A stretch of 59,005 nucleotides of DNA, filler included. It is 7 parts of 7 records of this genome, joined end to end, with 100 filler letters (N's around TTAATTAATTAA, not from the genome) between each part and the next. Parts side by side here need not be neighbours in the genome. Positions count along the whole stretch, not along the records: positions 6,896 to 13,456 come from SRR31156797_5786; positions 13,557 to 26,315 come from SRR31156797_5798; 5 more parts are not named here. One strand, written 5' to 3'. Each line of letters starts with the position of its first letter. Position 1 is the first letter of the stretch. Of the stretch, positions 8,215 through 18,629 are shown in pieces. Below the pieces are notes generated by a model that was not told where the DNA came from, made no database searches, and was given only the letters and a program-made list of their open reading frames with translations. Made by a program: the position numbers and the translations under genes.

Positions 8215-9888
8215 ATGAAATTATTACTGACGTCTGTATTCGGCCCCTATGGGGTAGATGACGCATATGGCAGAAAAGAAAATAAAATGGAGCTGTTTCA
8301 CAATCAGGTCACCCGGGAGCAGGGAATTTTTTCCTACCGATTCAATCACGGAAGCCAGGGGCTCTATTTTCTGGCGGAAAACATCGACATGCCCACAGCG
8401 GTGCTTGATTTTCCAACCCTCAAGCGATTTAAGAAGGAGTTGAAAAAGGGATATGACTACATCGGCATCAGCTTTATCATTCCCAATTTCAAGAAGGCCA
8501 AAGAGATGGCCCGCCTCATTCGTGAATTATCGCCCAAAAGCAAGATCATTCTGGGCGGACACGGCGTTAACATCCCCAGCATCGAATCGCTCATGGACTA
8601 TGATTACCGATGCAAAGGGGAGGGCGTCTATTTCTTGAGGGAACTTTTCGGGGAAAAGATGGGCACCCCCATTCGGCATCCCCTTGAATACAGTTCCTTC
8701 AACCGACAGGTCATGGGGGCCCCCTGGCCATCGGATTCCGGGATTCTCATTACGGGCGTGGGATGCGCCAACAAATGCCGTTTTTGCGCCACATCGCACT
8801 TCTTCGGAAAGTATGTCCCTTATCTCAAAACCGGCCGGGACATTTTCGACGTCTGCTGCCGCTACGAAGATGAGATGGGCATCACGGATTTCGGGGTGCT
8901 GGATGAAAACTTTCTAAAGATTAAGGATCGTGCACTGGAACTATTGGAACTGATGGAAACCCACGATCGCCACTTCAATTTCGCCATTTTCAGCTCTGCT
9001 GAAACCCTCAAGGAGATCGGTGACCTGGATATTCTCGTGCGCATGGGGATAACGTTTGTGTGGGTGGGCGTTGAATCGAAACGGGAAATCTATCTGAAAA
9101 ACAAAAATACGGATTTTTCTATTCTTTTTAAGGAATTAAAGAAACGGGGCGTCAGTGTCCTCGCGTCATTGATTCTATTCAGCGAAAAACACGATAAAAA
9201 GACCATTTGGGAGGATGTGGACTTTGTCACGTCGCTAGATCCTGATTATGTGCAATTTTCTCCGCTGGGCCCTATCCCGGGAACAAAGCTCTACGATGAT
9301 TATGAGAAACAGGGAAAATTAGTCAAAGATGTCCCTTATGAATCCCAGCACGGTCAGGGGAAAATATGGTTTCATCATGATCATTTTTCGAGAGATGAAT
9401 CGGAAGCGTTTTTGCGTCTTGCATTTGATACGGACTATATCAGAAACGGCGCTTCCATGCTGCGCGTCATAAAAACCACTTTGGCCGGTTATCAATATTG
9501 CAGCAGCCATTCCGACCGGAGGGTGAAAAGCCGTTTACCGTATTTCCAAAAAAGACTCAACATGACGCGATATTTTCTCCCGGCCTCAACCTTCTTTGCG
9601 CAAAACCGGCGAAGCAAAACCCTGCTGATGGAAATCAAGAAAGCTTATCGTCTGGAATTCGGGAGGATGAATCTAAGAACGTTGGTGCCGTCACTGGCTG
9701 TTCTTTTCTTCAGCATGAAAGAATATCTGCGGTGTCGCATCATCAGTGATGTGAGAATACCCAAAACATACTATCACCGGCAGTATAAGGTTTCCACGCA
9801 GAAGAACCGATCGGCCAAAACCCTTTTTGCCAATGAGGTAATCCCAAAGATCCGCTACCGACTGGCCGAACAACCCGAGCGGTCATGA
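8215..9888 (+). CDS. radical SAM protein with B12-binding-like N-terminal domain
   Basis: CxxxCxxC (CANKCRFC); N-terminal IGISF...IILGGHG; DENF motif. Confidence 0.88.
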   Translation: MKLLLTSVFGPYGVDDAYGRKENKMELFHNQVTREQGIFSYRFNHGSQGLYFLAENIDMPTAVLDFPTLKRFKKELKKGYDYIGISFIIPNFKKAKEMARLIRELSPKSKIILGGHGVNIPSIESLMDYDYRCKGEGVYFLRELFGEKMGTPIRHPLEYSSFNRQVMGAPWPSDSGILITGVGCANKCRFCATSHFFGKYVPYLKTGRDIFDVCCRYEDEMGITDFGVLDENFLKIKDRALELLELMETHDRHFNFAIFSSAETLKEIGDLDILVRMGITFVWVGVESKREIYLKNKNTDFSILFKELKKRGVSVLASLILFSEKHDKKTIWEDVDFVTSLDPDYVQFSPLGPIPGTKLYDDYEKQGKLVKDVPYESQHGQGKIWFHHDHFSRDESEAFLRLAFDTDYIRNGASMLRVIKTTLAGYQYCSSHSDRRVKSRLPYFQKRLNMTRYFLPASTFFAQNRRSKTLLMEIKKAYRLEFGRMNLRTLVPSLAVLFFSMKEYLRCRIISDVRIPKTYYHRQYKVSTQKNRSAKTLFANEVIPKIRYRLAEQPERS

Positions 9889-10048
9889 TGGATCACCGCA
9901 CTTGGCCATCGCGGACAACACCCGGGTTTTCTTCGAATTTAACGGTTGAATTCATCCCCCCATGGGAATAGACTCATGAACAAAAGGGAGAAATCCCCCA
10001 TTGGCCGATGCAGCGACGCAATAGCGGTCCGGAAGGGGGCAATGGATC

Positions 10049-10990
10049 ATGCGCCAATCAAAGTGGTTTCTTCATCCGATCCTTATCCTCGTCTCGTCCG
10101 TTGTGGCCCTGTCCCTCACACTGTATATCTACTGGTATGTGGAGGTGAGAACGGGGCTTACCAACCTCACGGAGAAGGCCCATCTGGGTTCGGATCAGGT
10201 CCTCACTGCGCAAACCTGGATGGTGATTCTGGTTCTTTCCGTTCTCGTGGGAATCATTCTCATGGGCATCTTCATCATCTTTGTTTACAACCAGAAGACG
10301 TTCCAGCTTTACCGTCTTCAGCGCAATTTTATCGACAATTTCACCCACGAACTGAAGACTCCCGTCACCTCCCTGAAGCGCTATCTGGAAACATTCCGGG
10401 CCTATGCACTTCCCCATGAGGACCAACTCAAATATATCGGATACATGGTCCGGGATGTGGATCGTCTGACCCATGACATCAACCGCATTCTGGACCTGGC
10501 AAGAATCGAAAGCAAAACCTATGGTGGAAAATTCGTAAGGAAAGATCTGGTGGGAACCATTGAACGCTTTGCCGAAAAAAACCGCCACCTCTTTGACGGG
10601 TGTGAAGTACACATTGGCAATCCTTCCGGCCAACCTTTTTTCTACCCCATCAATATCACTTTGTTCGAAATACTGTTGATGAATCTCTTTACCAACGCCT
10701 ATAAATACAATGAAAGCAAGGTTCCCCGTCTGGAAGTAATCTTTCAACCCAAAGGGAAAAAACTGCTCATTCGTTTCGACGACAACGGCATTGGACTCGC
10801 GAAGACCGAGTTTCGAAAGGTCTTTAAGAAATTTTACCAGATCGGACGCGCGGAAAATATGACGGCCAAAGGGACCGGTCTCGGTTTGTATCTGGTCGAA
10901 AGTATCGCCCGGTTTCATAAGGGGAAAGTGACGGCCCAATCCAAAGGAGACGGAAAAGGCGCTGTTTTTTTCCCTGGTTCTGCCCCTTAA
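10049..10990 (+). CDS. sensor histidine kinase (possible frameshift near the C-terminus)
   Basis: Two TM segments, FTHELKTP, NAYKY, DNGIG, GTGLGL. Confidence 0.9.
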   Translation: MRQSKWFLHPILILVSSVVALSLTLYIYWYVEVRTGLTNLTEKAHLGSDQVLTAQTWMVILVLSVLVGIILMGIFIIFVYNQKTFQLYRLQRNFIDNFTHELKTPVTSLKRYLETFRAYALPHEDQLKYIGYMVRDVDRLTHDINRILDLARIESKTYGGKFVRKDLVGTIERFAEKNRHLFDGCEVHIGNPSGQPFFYPINITLFEILLMNLFTNAYKYNESKVPRLEVIFQPKGKKLLIRFDDNGIGLAKTEFRKVFKKFYQIGRAENMTAKGTGLGLYLVESIARFHKGKVTAQSKGDGKGAVFFPGSAP

Positions 10991-11022
10991 AAACTTTAAG
11001 ATTCGAGAAAATGAGGAGACCC

Positions 11023-11763
11023 ATGAACACCCCCAAACTCCAAATTCTTGTGGTCGAAGACGAGGCACACCTGGCGGAAGGATTGAAACTGAACCTGACC
11101 CTCAAGGGGTATGACGTGAGGATCGCTGAAGACGACACGTCGGCCTTGCAAGCCTGGGAACAGTGGCAGCCCGATCTGATCGTACGGGACATCATGCTGC
11201 CTGAAATCGACGGCCTGTCGGTGCTTCGAAAAATCCGTCTTGAGGATGAACGGATTCCCATTCTGATCCTGTCCGCCAGAGGCGATCCCGACGACAGGGT
11301 TAAGGGGTTCACCTACGGTGTGGACGACTATCTGGCCAAACCCTTTAACCTGGATGAATTCCTGCTTCGGGTGGAGCGGCTCTTGACCCGGGGAACCTGG
11401 TCCAAAGCAAAAGATTCCGTCCAAAACAGCCTTTCGTCCCTGCCAAAGGTCTACCAATTCGGAGAGAACCGAATTGATTTCGAAACCCTGAAAGCCCAAA
11501 GCCCTTCCGGTGAAATCAAGTTGACCGAACAGGAAGCCAAACTCTTGAGGCTTTTTATCGCCAACCGCGGAAGGCCCCTTACCAGAGGAAAGCTGCTTGA
11601 AATCGGATGGGGATACGCCAGGGGTACCACCACCCGGACAGTGGACAACTTCGTGGTCAGGTTCCGGAAATATTTTGAACGCAACCCCAAAAAGCCGGAC
11701 TATTTCAAAAGTCTTCGCTCTGTGGGTTACATCTTCGATCACGAACAGGAGCACAATGAATGA
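11023..11763 (+). CDS. OmpR-family response regulator
   Basis: VVEDE, DIMLP, KPF, winged helix RTVDNFVVRFRK...RSVGY; GAGGAG RBS. Confidence 0.92.
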   Translation: MNTPKLQILVVEDEAHLAEGLKLNLTLKGYDVRIAEDDTSALQAWEQWQPDLIVRDIMLPEIDGLSVLRKIRLEDERIPILILSARGDPDDRVKGFTYGVDDYLAKPFNLDEFLLRVERLLTRGTWSKAKDSVQNSLSSLPKVYQFGENRIDFETLKAQSPSGEIKLTEQEAKLLRLFIANRGRPLTRGKLLEIGWGYARGTTTRTVDNFVVRFRKYFERNPKKPDYFKSLRSVGYIFDHEQEHNE

Positions 11764-13456
11764 TCATCGCACCATTCTTGGCATCGATATGGGCTCCGTT
11801 GCCATCTCGGCCGCCCAAATCAATCTGGAAAGAAAAGTCCTGAAGACCGCCTACCAATTTCATCATGGCAACCGGGAAGATGCCTTCACAAAAATGATGA
11901 AGGGATTCAATGCGAAGCGGATTTGCGGGATCGCCGCCACTTCATCAACCCCTTTGACCATCAAGGCCGAACAGCGTTACGACAACCGCGTCGCCATCAT
12001 CGAAGCAGGACGGCACTTTCATGATAAGATCGGTGCCATCCTGGTTGTGGGCGGTGAAGCATTCGGTCTGATCGGTTTTGATGAAGAAGGACGCTATCGC
12101 AGCTTCAAGACGAATACCGCCTGTGCGGCGGGGACCGGCAGTTTTCTGGACCAGCAGGCCCAACGGCTGAATCTCGAAAACGCCCAAGCCTTAAGCGAAA
12201 AGGCATTAAACAACCGCGGAGACATTCCGAAAATCGCATCCCGGTGCGCGGTTTTTGCCAAAACCGACCTGGTCCACGCCCAGCAGGAGGGCTACAGTCT
12301 GGAACAAATCTGTGACGGATTGTGTTATGGGCTGGCAAAGAATATTGTGGACCGGCTTTCCGTGGACCGTGAACCCTTAAACCCCGTCATTTTCACGGGC
12401 GGGGTATCCCGAAACAGGGCGGTGGTCGATCACCTCTGGACAATTGCAAAAAAAGAGATCATCGTCGACGAGACGGGCGTTTACGGAGCCGTCGGGGCGG
12501 CCTTTCTCATGGCGGATGCAGGGTCGGGGAAGACCGTAAAGCCTTTTGGGTCCGTGGAAAACATGCTTCGCCGAAGTACCGGGCAGAAAAAATACTTTCA
12601 TGCCCCCCTTCAATTGACCCTTTCCCATTATCCCAAATTCGACGGTGTTGAAAAATACGAATATATGAACGGCACCCACGGCCCATCAAATCCAGTTGAG
12701 GTGGATATTTACGAAACTCTGGCACCCCCGGTAAACCGTGACGTCTTTTTGGGGGTGGATATTGGAAGCACCAGCACCAAAGCCGTGCTCTTGGATACCC
12801 GGGCCCGGGTACTGGCGGGCTTTTACACGGGCACCGCCGGAAGACCGGTGGCAGCGGTTCAGAGGCTCTTTTCCGCAATTAACGACATGGCCATTAAGAA
12901 GAAATTCCATATGCTGATTCGGGGCGCTGCAACCACCGGCTCGGGAAGAAAATTCGCCGGAAAGATCATCGGAGCGGACATCATTCTGGACGAGATCACG
13001 GCCCATGCCAGAGCGGCCTGTGAGATCAATCCCAAGGTGGACACCATCATCGAAATTGGCGGGCAGGACAGCAAGTTCACCACCCTGAAAGACGGTCGTG
13101 TCACCTTCTCCGTCATGAACAATGTGTGCGCTGCGGGAACCGGGAGCTTCATCGAGGAACAGGCCCGAAAACTGGATTGCCCCCTGCACGATTATTCCAC
13201 CAGAACCGAGGGGCGCAAATCCCCCATGGTCAGCGACCGATGCACCGTCTTCATGGAACGGGACATGAACCACTATCTCTCCCTGGGCCACACGGTGGAT
13301 GAGGTGTTGGCCTCCGTACTGCACGCCATTCGGGAAAACTACCTCACCAAAGTGGCCACCATTGGCGCCATGGGCGACACCATTTTTTTTCAGGGGGCAA
13401 CGGCCAAAAACATGGCCCTGGTGGCGGCCTTTGAACAACGGCTTCAAAAACCGATC
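11756..13456 (+). CDS. acyl-CoA dehydratase activase (tandem BadF/BadG/BcrA/BcrD ATPase domains), 3' truncated
   Basis: GIDMGS and GVDIGSTSTK, two CAAGTGSF motifs, IGGQDSK. Confidence 0.9.
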
Positions 13457-13556
13457 NNNNNNNNNNNNNNNNNNNNNNNNNNNNNNNNNNNNNNNNNNNN
13501 TTAATTAATTAANNNNNNNNNNNNNNNNNNNNNNNNNNNNNNNNNNNNNNNNNNNN
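13457..13556. other. artificial contig linker
   Basis: N44-TTAATTAATTAA-N44. Confidence 0.98.
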
Positions 13557-14246
13557 GCTTTTGTCGTCAATGGCCTTCTGGACCTCCACGGGCGGGGTGA
13601 TGGCATTGATATACAGCCGGGGCATTGCCAGGCCGAATCGCGAAAAGTCCTCCCGGACCCGTTGCGAAAGCCCCTTTGCCAGCTCATCGTACCGGGCCGG
13701 CAGGTCAAATATGGAGGAGAATTCATCGCCGATATAATCGTTGAATCGCGAAACCACCACCCGGTTGAGATATTCGGCGATCTCCTCAGTGGTGTAAATC
13801 CCCTGGGTGCCCACCAGGCGGTTGATGAAAAGGGCGGGCTGGACAACCCTGAGGTTGAAGATGCCGAATGCCCGGAGCCTCACAAGGCCCAAGTGGGTAT
13901 CCTTGAAGGCCACGGGATCCCGGGTGCCCCATTTCAGGTTGGTAAAGGTTTTGAGATTCGTAAAATAAACTTCAGCCCGCAACGGGCTGTGAAGCCCCCA
14001 GGGAATACTGGCGATCTTGGTGAGTACCGGGATATTGGCCGTTTTGAGGGTATGGCGGCCTGGGCCAAAGGCGCCCACGGCTTTGCCGTTGTAGAAAAAG
14101 ACTGCGGCCTGGCTCTCCCGTACCGTTAACTGGGCACCGTATTTGATGTCGGCGGAGCCCTGCTCCGGCAGCCGGTGAACCAGTTCCTTGCCTGTTTCGT
14201 CAAACCATTCGAGAAATTCAAGAAAGATAAGATTATGGGTTCCCAT
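13557..14246 (-). CDS. SPFH/band-7 domain protein (YdjI-like), 3' truncated
   Basis: LTVRESQAAVF, FGPGRHTL, KWGT..PV, VRLRAFG; GGAGG RBS. Confidence 0.85.
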
Positions 14247-14415
14247 TGAATCCTCCTTTGTGGCCTGACAGGGGAGTGATTTCAGGCCGCTTTTATTGAT
14301 TCTATAGATCAAAGGCCGGGGTGTCAATTTTTATGCTTTGACAAATATCGTCATATCTTTTATCTGTGAATAATATTCCATCAAACCGGGTGATTATGCG
14401 GGGCTTGCGCTGTCG

Positions 14416-14482
14416 GGAAATGCCGGGGAACTCAAGGAGATGGCCACAAAGCTCAATGACATTATCGGCAGGTTCAGATTCC
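14416..14482 (+). pseudogene. remnant of a methyl-accepting chemotaxis protein C-terminus
   Basis: Translates GNAGELKEMATKLNDIIGRFRF, typical of an MCP end; no upstream body. Confidence 0.5.
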
Positions 14483-14562
14483 AATCCGGAATAACGGTCT
14501 TCGAATACCTGGGGCGGCATAGGTGGTTTTGAAACAGGCAATCAAAATATAAGACCTCTTTT

Positions 14563-15141
14563 ATGTCCGAAAAATCGTCAAACGATGGTCCGGATCAAAG
14601 GGAAGGAACACCCGATCCTCCCGGCGAAAACCGGCCCGCCCATTTCCAGGGCCTGGGCGCGGATATCAAGGCTGCGGCCGGGGCCATCGGGTGGCTGGCC
14701 GGCGCCATGTCCGGTGTGGTGGCGCTGATGTATGCGGTGGGATTTCTCTGTGCCAAGTCCCATCTGAACATGCTGGGCATTGAATTGTATTCCGGCGTGG
14801 CCGCCGGGGCCTATGTGGAGATCGGCGCCAAGTTTTTCTATATCACGGTGATCATGCTCTTTGAGGGTCTCATCGATCTGGGCCGCACCGTGCTGCCGGG
14901 AGTTGCCATTTTATTGATCCCGGTCCTGGTCATCATCGCCGTCATGGCTGTTGTCATGGCCCGGATTCGCCACACCAATATCCGAAATATTCCGGGGCAA
15001 TGCTACGCCGCGTTCCGGAACTGGGGGCCGGATGCCCTGCCGATCCGGTTTTTCTCAAGCTGTTTTCTGGCCCTGGTGCTGATCTGGGCCGCCAGCCAGT
15101 ACCGGCAGGTGTTCAACCCGGCAAATTGTTGCTGCCGTTGA
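14563..15141 (+). CDS. hypothetical membrane protein, probably 3' deleted
   Basis: Several hydrophobic segments; ends abruptly where a lipoprotein-like frame begins. Confidence 0.55.
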   Translation: MSEKSSNDGPDQREGTPDPPGENRPAHFQGLGADIKAAAGAIGWLAGAMSGVVALMYAVGFLCAKSHLNMLGIELYSGVAAGAYVEIGAKFFYITVIMLFEGLIDLGRTVLPGVAILLIPVLVIIAVMAVVMARIRHTNIRNIPGQCYAAFRNWGPDALPIRFFSSCFLALVLIWAASQYRQVFNPANCCCR

Positions 15142-15530
15142 TCACCCTGGTTTGTATGGCGGCCTGCCAGGTGCCCCATGATTCCGGTGTACAGCCGCCG
15201 TATGGCGGCGGCAGAATCGGAAAAATTACTCGAATTCTCGGTCCCGGCCAGGTGAGTATCAATAACCGGATCGTCCATGAGGGCGCAGTGATGATGTCCG
15301 GAGATCACATCCGGACCGTGGGCGATGCCCGGGCCGAGCTGGAGCATGCCGGTCTCAGACTGGGCCGGACCATTACGAAATCCGCGCCCTCCCGGCGTCA
15401 GATCGGACTCGTATTCCGGCAGAAACCCGCCGCCGGTAGCGAAATGGCGCCCGGCGGCACCGTGGACGTGTGGGTATACCGGGAGAAGACCCTTCGCTCC
15501 CCTGTGCTTCGATTGATTGAACCTCAATAG
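15120..15530 (+). pseudogene. deleted lipoprotein: signal peptide + FecR-like start fused to a PASTA-like domain
   Basis: KLLLPLITLVCMAAC lipobox-like; GDHIRTVGDARAEL; GLRLG...GLVFRQKPAAGSEMAPGGTVDVWV. Confidence 0.5.
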
Positions 15531-15835
15531 GGGGGGGGGATTTACTAGGATGATGAATGGTGAACCGGGGTGTCATGGCAGGCCAGTTCAAAAAAGCTGT
15601 TGACATCCCATGGGTTCTTGGGCATATTTTTTCCTGGGAGAAGTAAAATTTCATTATCCCGATTTCCATTCGTAACACCCTGTTTTAAAAAATAAGAAGC
15701 CTTCACCTCTATTGCTAAAAAACGGCCCTGGGTTCTGCTCCCGGATAAGACTTCCTTTTAGTCAAACTTTCGCGAAGGCAAGATCTTTGATCCATATGAA
15801 CGAATCATAAGAACATATGAAAGGGAGGGATTGCG

Positions 15836-15934
15836 ATGCCAGTCACACCAACATATCCCGGGGGTTACATTGAGGAAATTCCAAGCGGGGGCCATACCAT
15901 TACCGGGGTGGCTGGACACCCCCTTGCCGGGTGA
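15836..15934 (+). pseudogene. N-terminal remnant of a contractile tail sheath protein
   Basis: GGGAGG RBS then MPVTPTYPGGYIEEIPSGGHTITGVA, matching the YPGVYIEE..ITGVATS sheath start; stop after 32 aa. Confidence 0.7.
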
Positions 15935-16050
15935 GGACGCAGCCGTAAACAAACTGATCCAATCCCTGTGGTGCAGGGATGAAACAAAAGGCCCGAACCA
16001 TGAAGCATCCATACCGGATCCCTTGATCGAAAAACAGGGGGAATGAAGGA

Positions 16051-16443
16051 ATGAAAGGCTATTTTACCCGGCTGATAGGGCAAACCGGCATCAAAGTGGG
16101 CTCCGGTCCACCCGCCGCGGGAATCAAAGAAAGGGAAACGCCCCGGCCCATTCATCTGGAAGAGATAAGCACGGTTGACCCCCTGTCCCATGAACCCCCA
16201 AAAAAACCACCCTGGACCTTGGGAGAAGATGCCCGTGATTCGGGTGGTTGGGAGGAAAACAATGAGTATCTCAATACGGAAGATGTGGAGAGGGAGAGCC
16301 CGGAAAAACGGGAAAAAAACCAGGAAACCCCAAATAACCGGCCCAGGCACAATGACACCCCCCATTGGGAGGAACCAGGGCGGCGACAGACCGGACAGGC
16401 TGTCGTCCGTGAACCAGGGCTCGAAACCATCCGTTCCCCTTGA
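16051..16443 (+). CDS. hypothetical protein (likely eCIS-locus remnant)
   Basis: ORF with AAGGA directly before the ATG; MKGYFTRLI start then low-complexity charged sequence. Confidence 0.45.
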   Translation: MKGYFTRLIGQTGIKVGSGPPAAGIKERETPRPIHLEEISTVDPLSHEPPKKPPWTLGEDARDSGGWEENNEYLNTEDVERESPEKREKNQETPNNRPRHNDTPHWEEPGRRQTGQAVVREPGLETIRSP

Positions 16444-16542
16444 CAACCCGGTGTCTCCCTGGAAAGCGGATTAAATGCCGGGAAACAGGCGGAGGAGGAA
16501 GGAGAAACCGGGGCGGCCCTGGTTTTCAGCCAGGCCAGGGAT

Positions 16543-16728
16543 GTGGAGGGATTTCATGCCAAACTCTACGAGCGAGCCATATTCAATGCCCTCAAGCAGA
16601 GGGTTAATGCCTACTATGTGTGCCAGGTCTGCGGATATGTGACGGATAAAAAGATCCGCAAGGAGTGTCCCGTCTGCGGTGCGCCAAAGGAGAAATTCAA
16701 GGTCATAGACGCTGATTATCCGGTATAA
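16543..16728 (+). pseudogene. rubrerythrin C-terminal fragment (rubredoxin-like domain)
   Basis: VEGFHAKLY, CQVCGY...CPVCGA; ferritin-like N-terminal part missing. Confidence 0.75.
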
Positions 16729-17035
16729 CCCCATCAAGGAGAAAGGAACAAAGGGTTGAGTCGTTAACGAATATTGATCTGAACCTTGCCTTTTCCGTCC
16801 GGATAGCCTCCTTGGATACGTTTACCCATAGATCGTATCCCGCTGCACAGAATGAGCCGGGCCTCCGTCGTCCCGATGTCGCTCCACATGAACGAAACCA
16901 TCCCGGGCATCATGAGGCATACGCTTCGATGGTCATGTCCGCTGGCCGGCTGCTCGACAACCGGGCGCTTTGGGTGTATGGTAACCTGCGTTGGCCAGAT
17001 GAAGAAAACAACTATGAAGATGAGATGAAGATGCC

Positions 17036-18241
17036 ATGAAAGAACAAAACCCAGTTTCTCCAGAATATGATGTCATTGTTGCCGGGGCAGGGCCTGCCGG
17101 CGCCCTTACCGCCTATTACCTGGCTGCCGCCGGGAAAAAAGTCCTTATCCTTGAAAAGGAGCGTTTGCCCAGGTACAAAGCCTGCGGGGGCGGTCTCACC
17201 CCCAGGGCGCTTGACGCCCTTCCGTTCGACATCTCTCCGGTGGTGGCACATAGGGTCTCCAACGCCCTGATGCTCCATAACAACCGGCCCGTTTTCAGCA
17301 GCGGCAGTGGCAATGGCAATGGCAAAAATTCTACCTTCTTCACCATGGTGATGCGGGACCGGTTCGACCAGTTTCTTGTGGAACAGGCCGTGGCCATGGG
17401 GGCCCGCCTCCGGGAGGGCACCCGGTTTGAATCGGTGTCCGGCCCGGCCGGAAACCTTCGGGTGACCACTTCCCGGGGGGCGTTTACAACCAGGCTTTTA
17501 GTGGGGGCGGACGGGGTGAACGGCCGGGTCGCCAGGGCACTGGGGCTCACCATTTCCACCCGGTACATGACGGCCCTGGAAGGGGAGCTCTATCCGGGAA
17601 CTTCCCTGGATCTTGCGCGGTTCAACCATACCCTTCACTACGATTTCGGCGTCATTCCCGGGGGCTACGGCTGGGTCTTTCCCAAGGGCGACCACCTGAG
17701 TGTGGGGGTGGGCACCTTTGCCCCGAAGGCCACGGGCATCAACCGCGCCTTTGAAAGCTATCTCTCCCTGAAGGGACTGTCCCATGCCCGGAAAATAGAT
17801 CCCTTGAAGGGGCATCTCATTCCGACCCTTCCCGGGAAAGCGGGGCCGGTCTCCTGTGACCGGGGACTGGTGGTGGGAGACGCCGCCGGATACGGGGATC
17901 CCCTCACCGGTGAGGGCCTTTACTTTGCCTTCACCGGCGCAAAAATGGCGGCCGATACCCTGGCCGAGGTTTTGGAAACCGGCCGGTTCAGCCGGATGAC
18001 CGCCTTTGACGCCCGGCTCAAAAAGACCTTTTTCCGGGAACTCACCGCAGCCCATGTCATGGCGGGGCTGCTTTACACCGTCCCCGGGCTTTCGAAGCGG
18101 ATCCTTTTTGCCCAGGGCCGTGAACTCGGCAACAGCCAGCTCGATGTGGTCTCGGGCCGGCTCTCCTATACCACTCTGCTGGCAAGGCTTCTTCTTCGGA
18201 TCATGAACCCGGCCCGGGTCCTGGCGGTGCTCTTTCATTAA
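17036..18241 (+). CDS. geranylgeranyl reductase family FAD oxidoreductase
   Basis: GAGPAG, RYKACGGG, GADG, GYGWVFPKG, VGDAAG..DPLTGEG. Confidence 0.9.
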   Translation: MKEQNPVSPEYDVIVAGAGPAGALTAYYLAAAGKKVLILEKERLPRYKACGGGLTPRALDALPFDISPVVAHRVSNALMLHNNRPVFSSGSGNGNGKNSTFFTMVMRDRFDQFLVEQAVAMGARLREGTRFESVSGPAGNLRVTTSRGAFTTRLLVGADGVNGRVARALGLTISTRYMTALEGELYPGTSLDLARFNHTLHYDFGVIPGGYGWVFPKGDHLSVGVGTFAPKATGINRAFESYLSLKGLSHARKIDPLKGHLIPTLPGKAGPVSCDRGLVVGDAAGYGDPLTGEGLYFAFTGAKMAADTLAEVLETGRFSRMTAFDARLKKTFFRELTAAHVMAGLLYTVPGLSKRILFAQGRELGNSQLDVVSGRLSYTTLLARLLLRIMNPARVLAVLFH

Positions 18242-18275
18242 AATTTGCCTGCAGGAGCCGTTCCCTGTCTTTTGC

Positions 18276-18310
18276 TGCCATGGTTTCGCCGGTCACCGGA
18301 ATCATGGCAG
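18276..18310. terminator. hairpin after the reductase gene
   Basis: CTGCCATGGTTTC ... GGAATCATGGCAG stem. Confidence 0.4.
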
Positions 18311-18346
18311 TCCATGGGGTGAATGCCATTTTTTTTTAAACAGGGC

Positions 18347-18518
18347 TTGACTTTGTTAAAAAGTCGGACTAAAAGGCACAAGCTCACGGCAAGGGGACCG
18401 TTCCTGACGGGACGGAATTATCAAGATAAGAGGACGCGTAACGTTTAATTAAAACTTGCGATACATTCGGGCGTGCACCTTCCGCTTCAGGACAATATCT
18501 GTCCCAAGCGGTTTTTTT
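18347..18518 (+). promoter_or_regulatory. promoter and structured leader with intrinsic terminator (attenuator) before PRTase-codB
   Basis: TTGACT-17-TAAAAG; hairpin 18398-18415; terminator CCGCTT..GGACA/TGTCC..AAGCGG + T7 (18482-18518). Confidence 0.6.
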
Positions 18519-18629
18519 GCGCCTGAAATAACGCAGTCCTGCGCAAATTCTCTTACCTTCTCCTGCTGCGGGCTCCCACGGCCAACAGATGACGGGCCGG
18601 ATATTAATCAGCCGAGGGAGAGCCTTGAT

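Noticed and set aside
15530-15539. G10 homopolymer
   Set aside because: Lies at the end of a pseudogene; no intact target for phase variation.
17298-17325. SGSGNGNG low-complexity insert in the reductase (GGCAAT repeats)
   Set aside because: Short in-frame slippage in a loop; no evidence of function.
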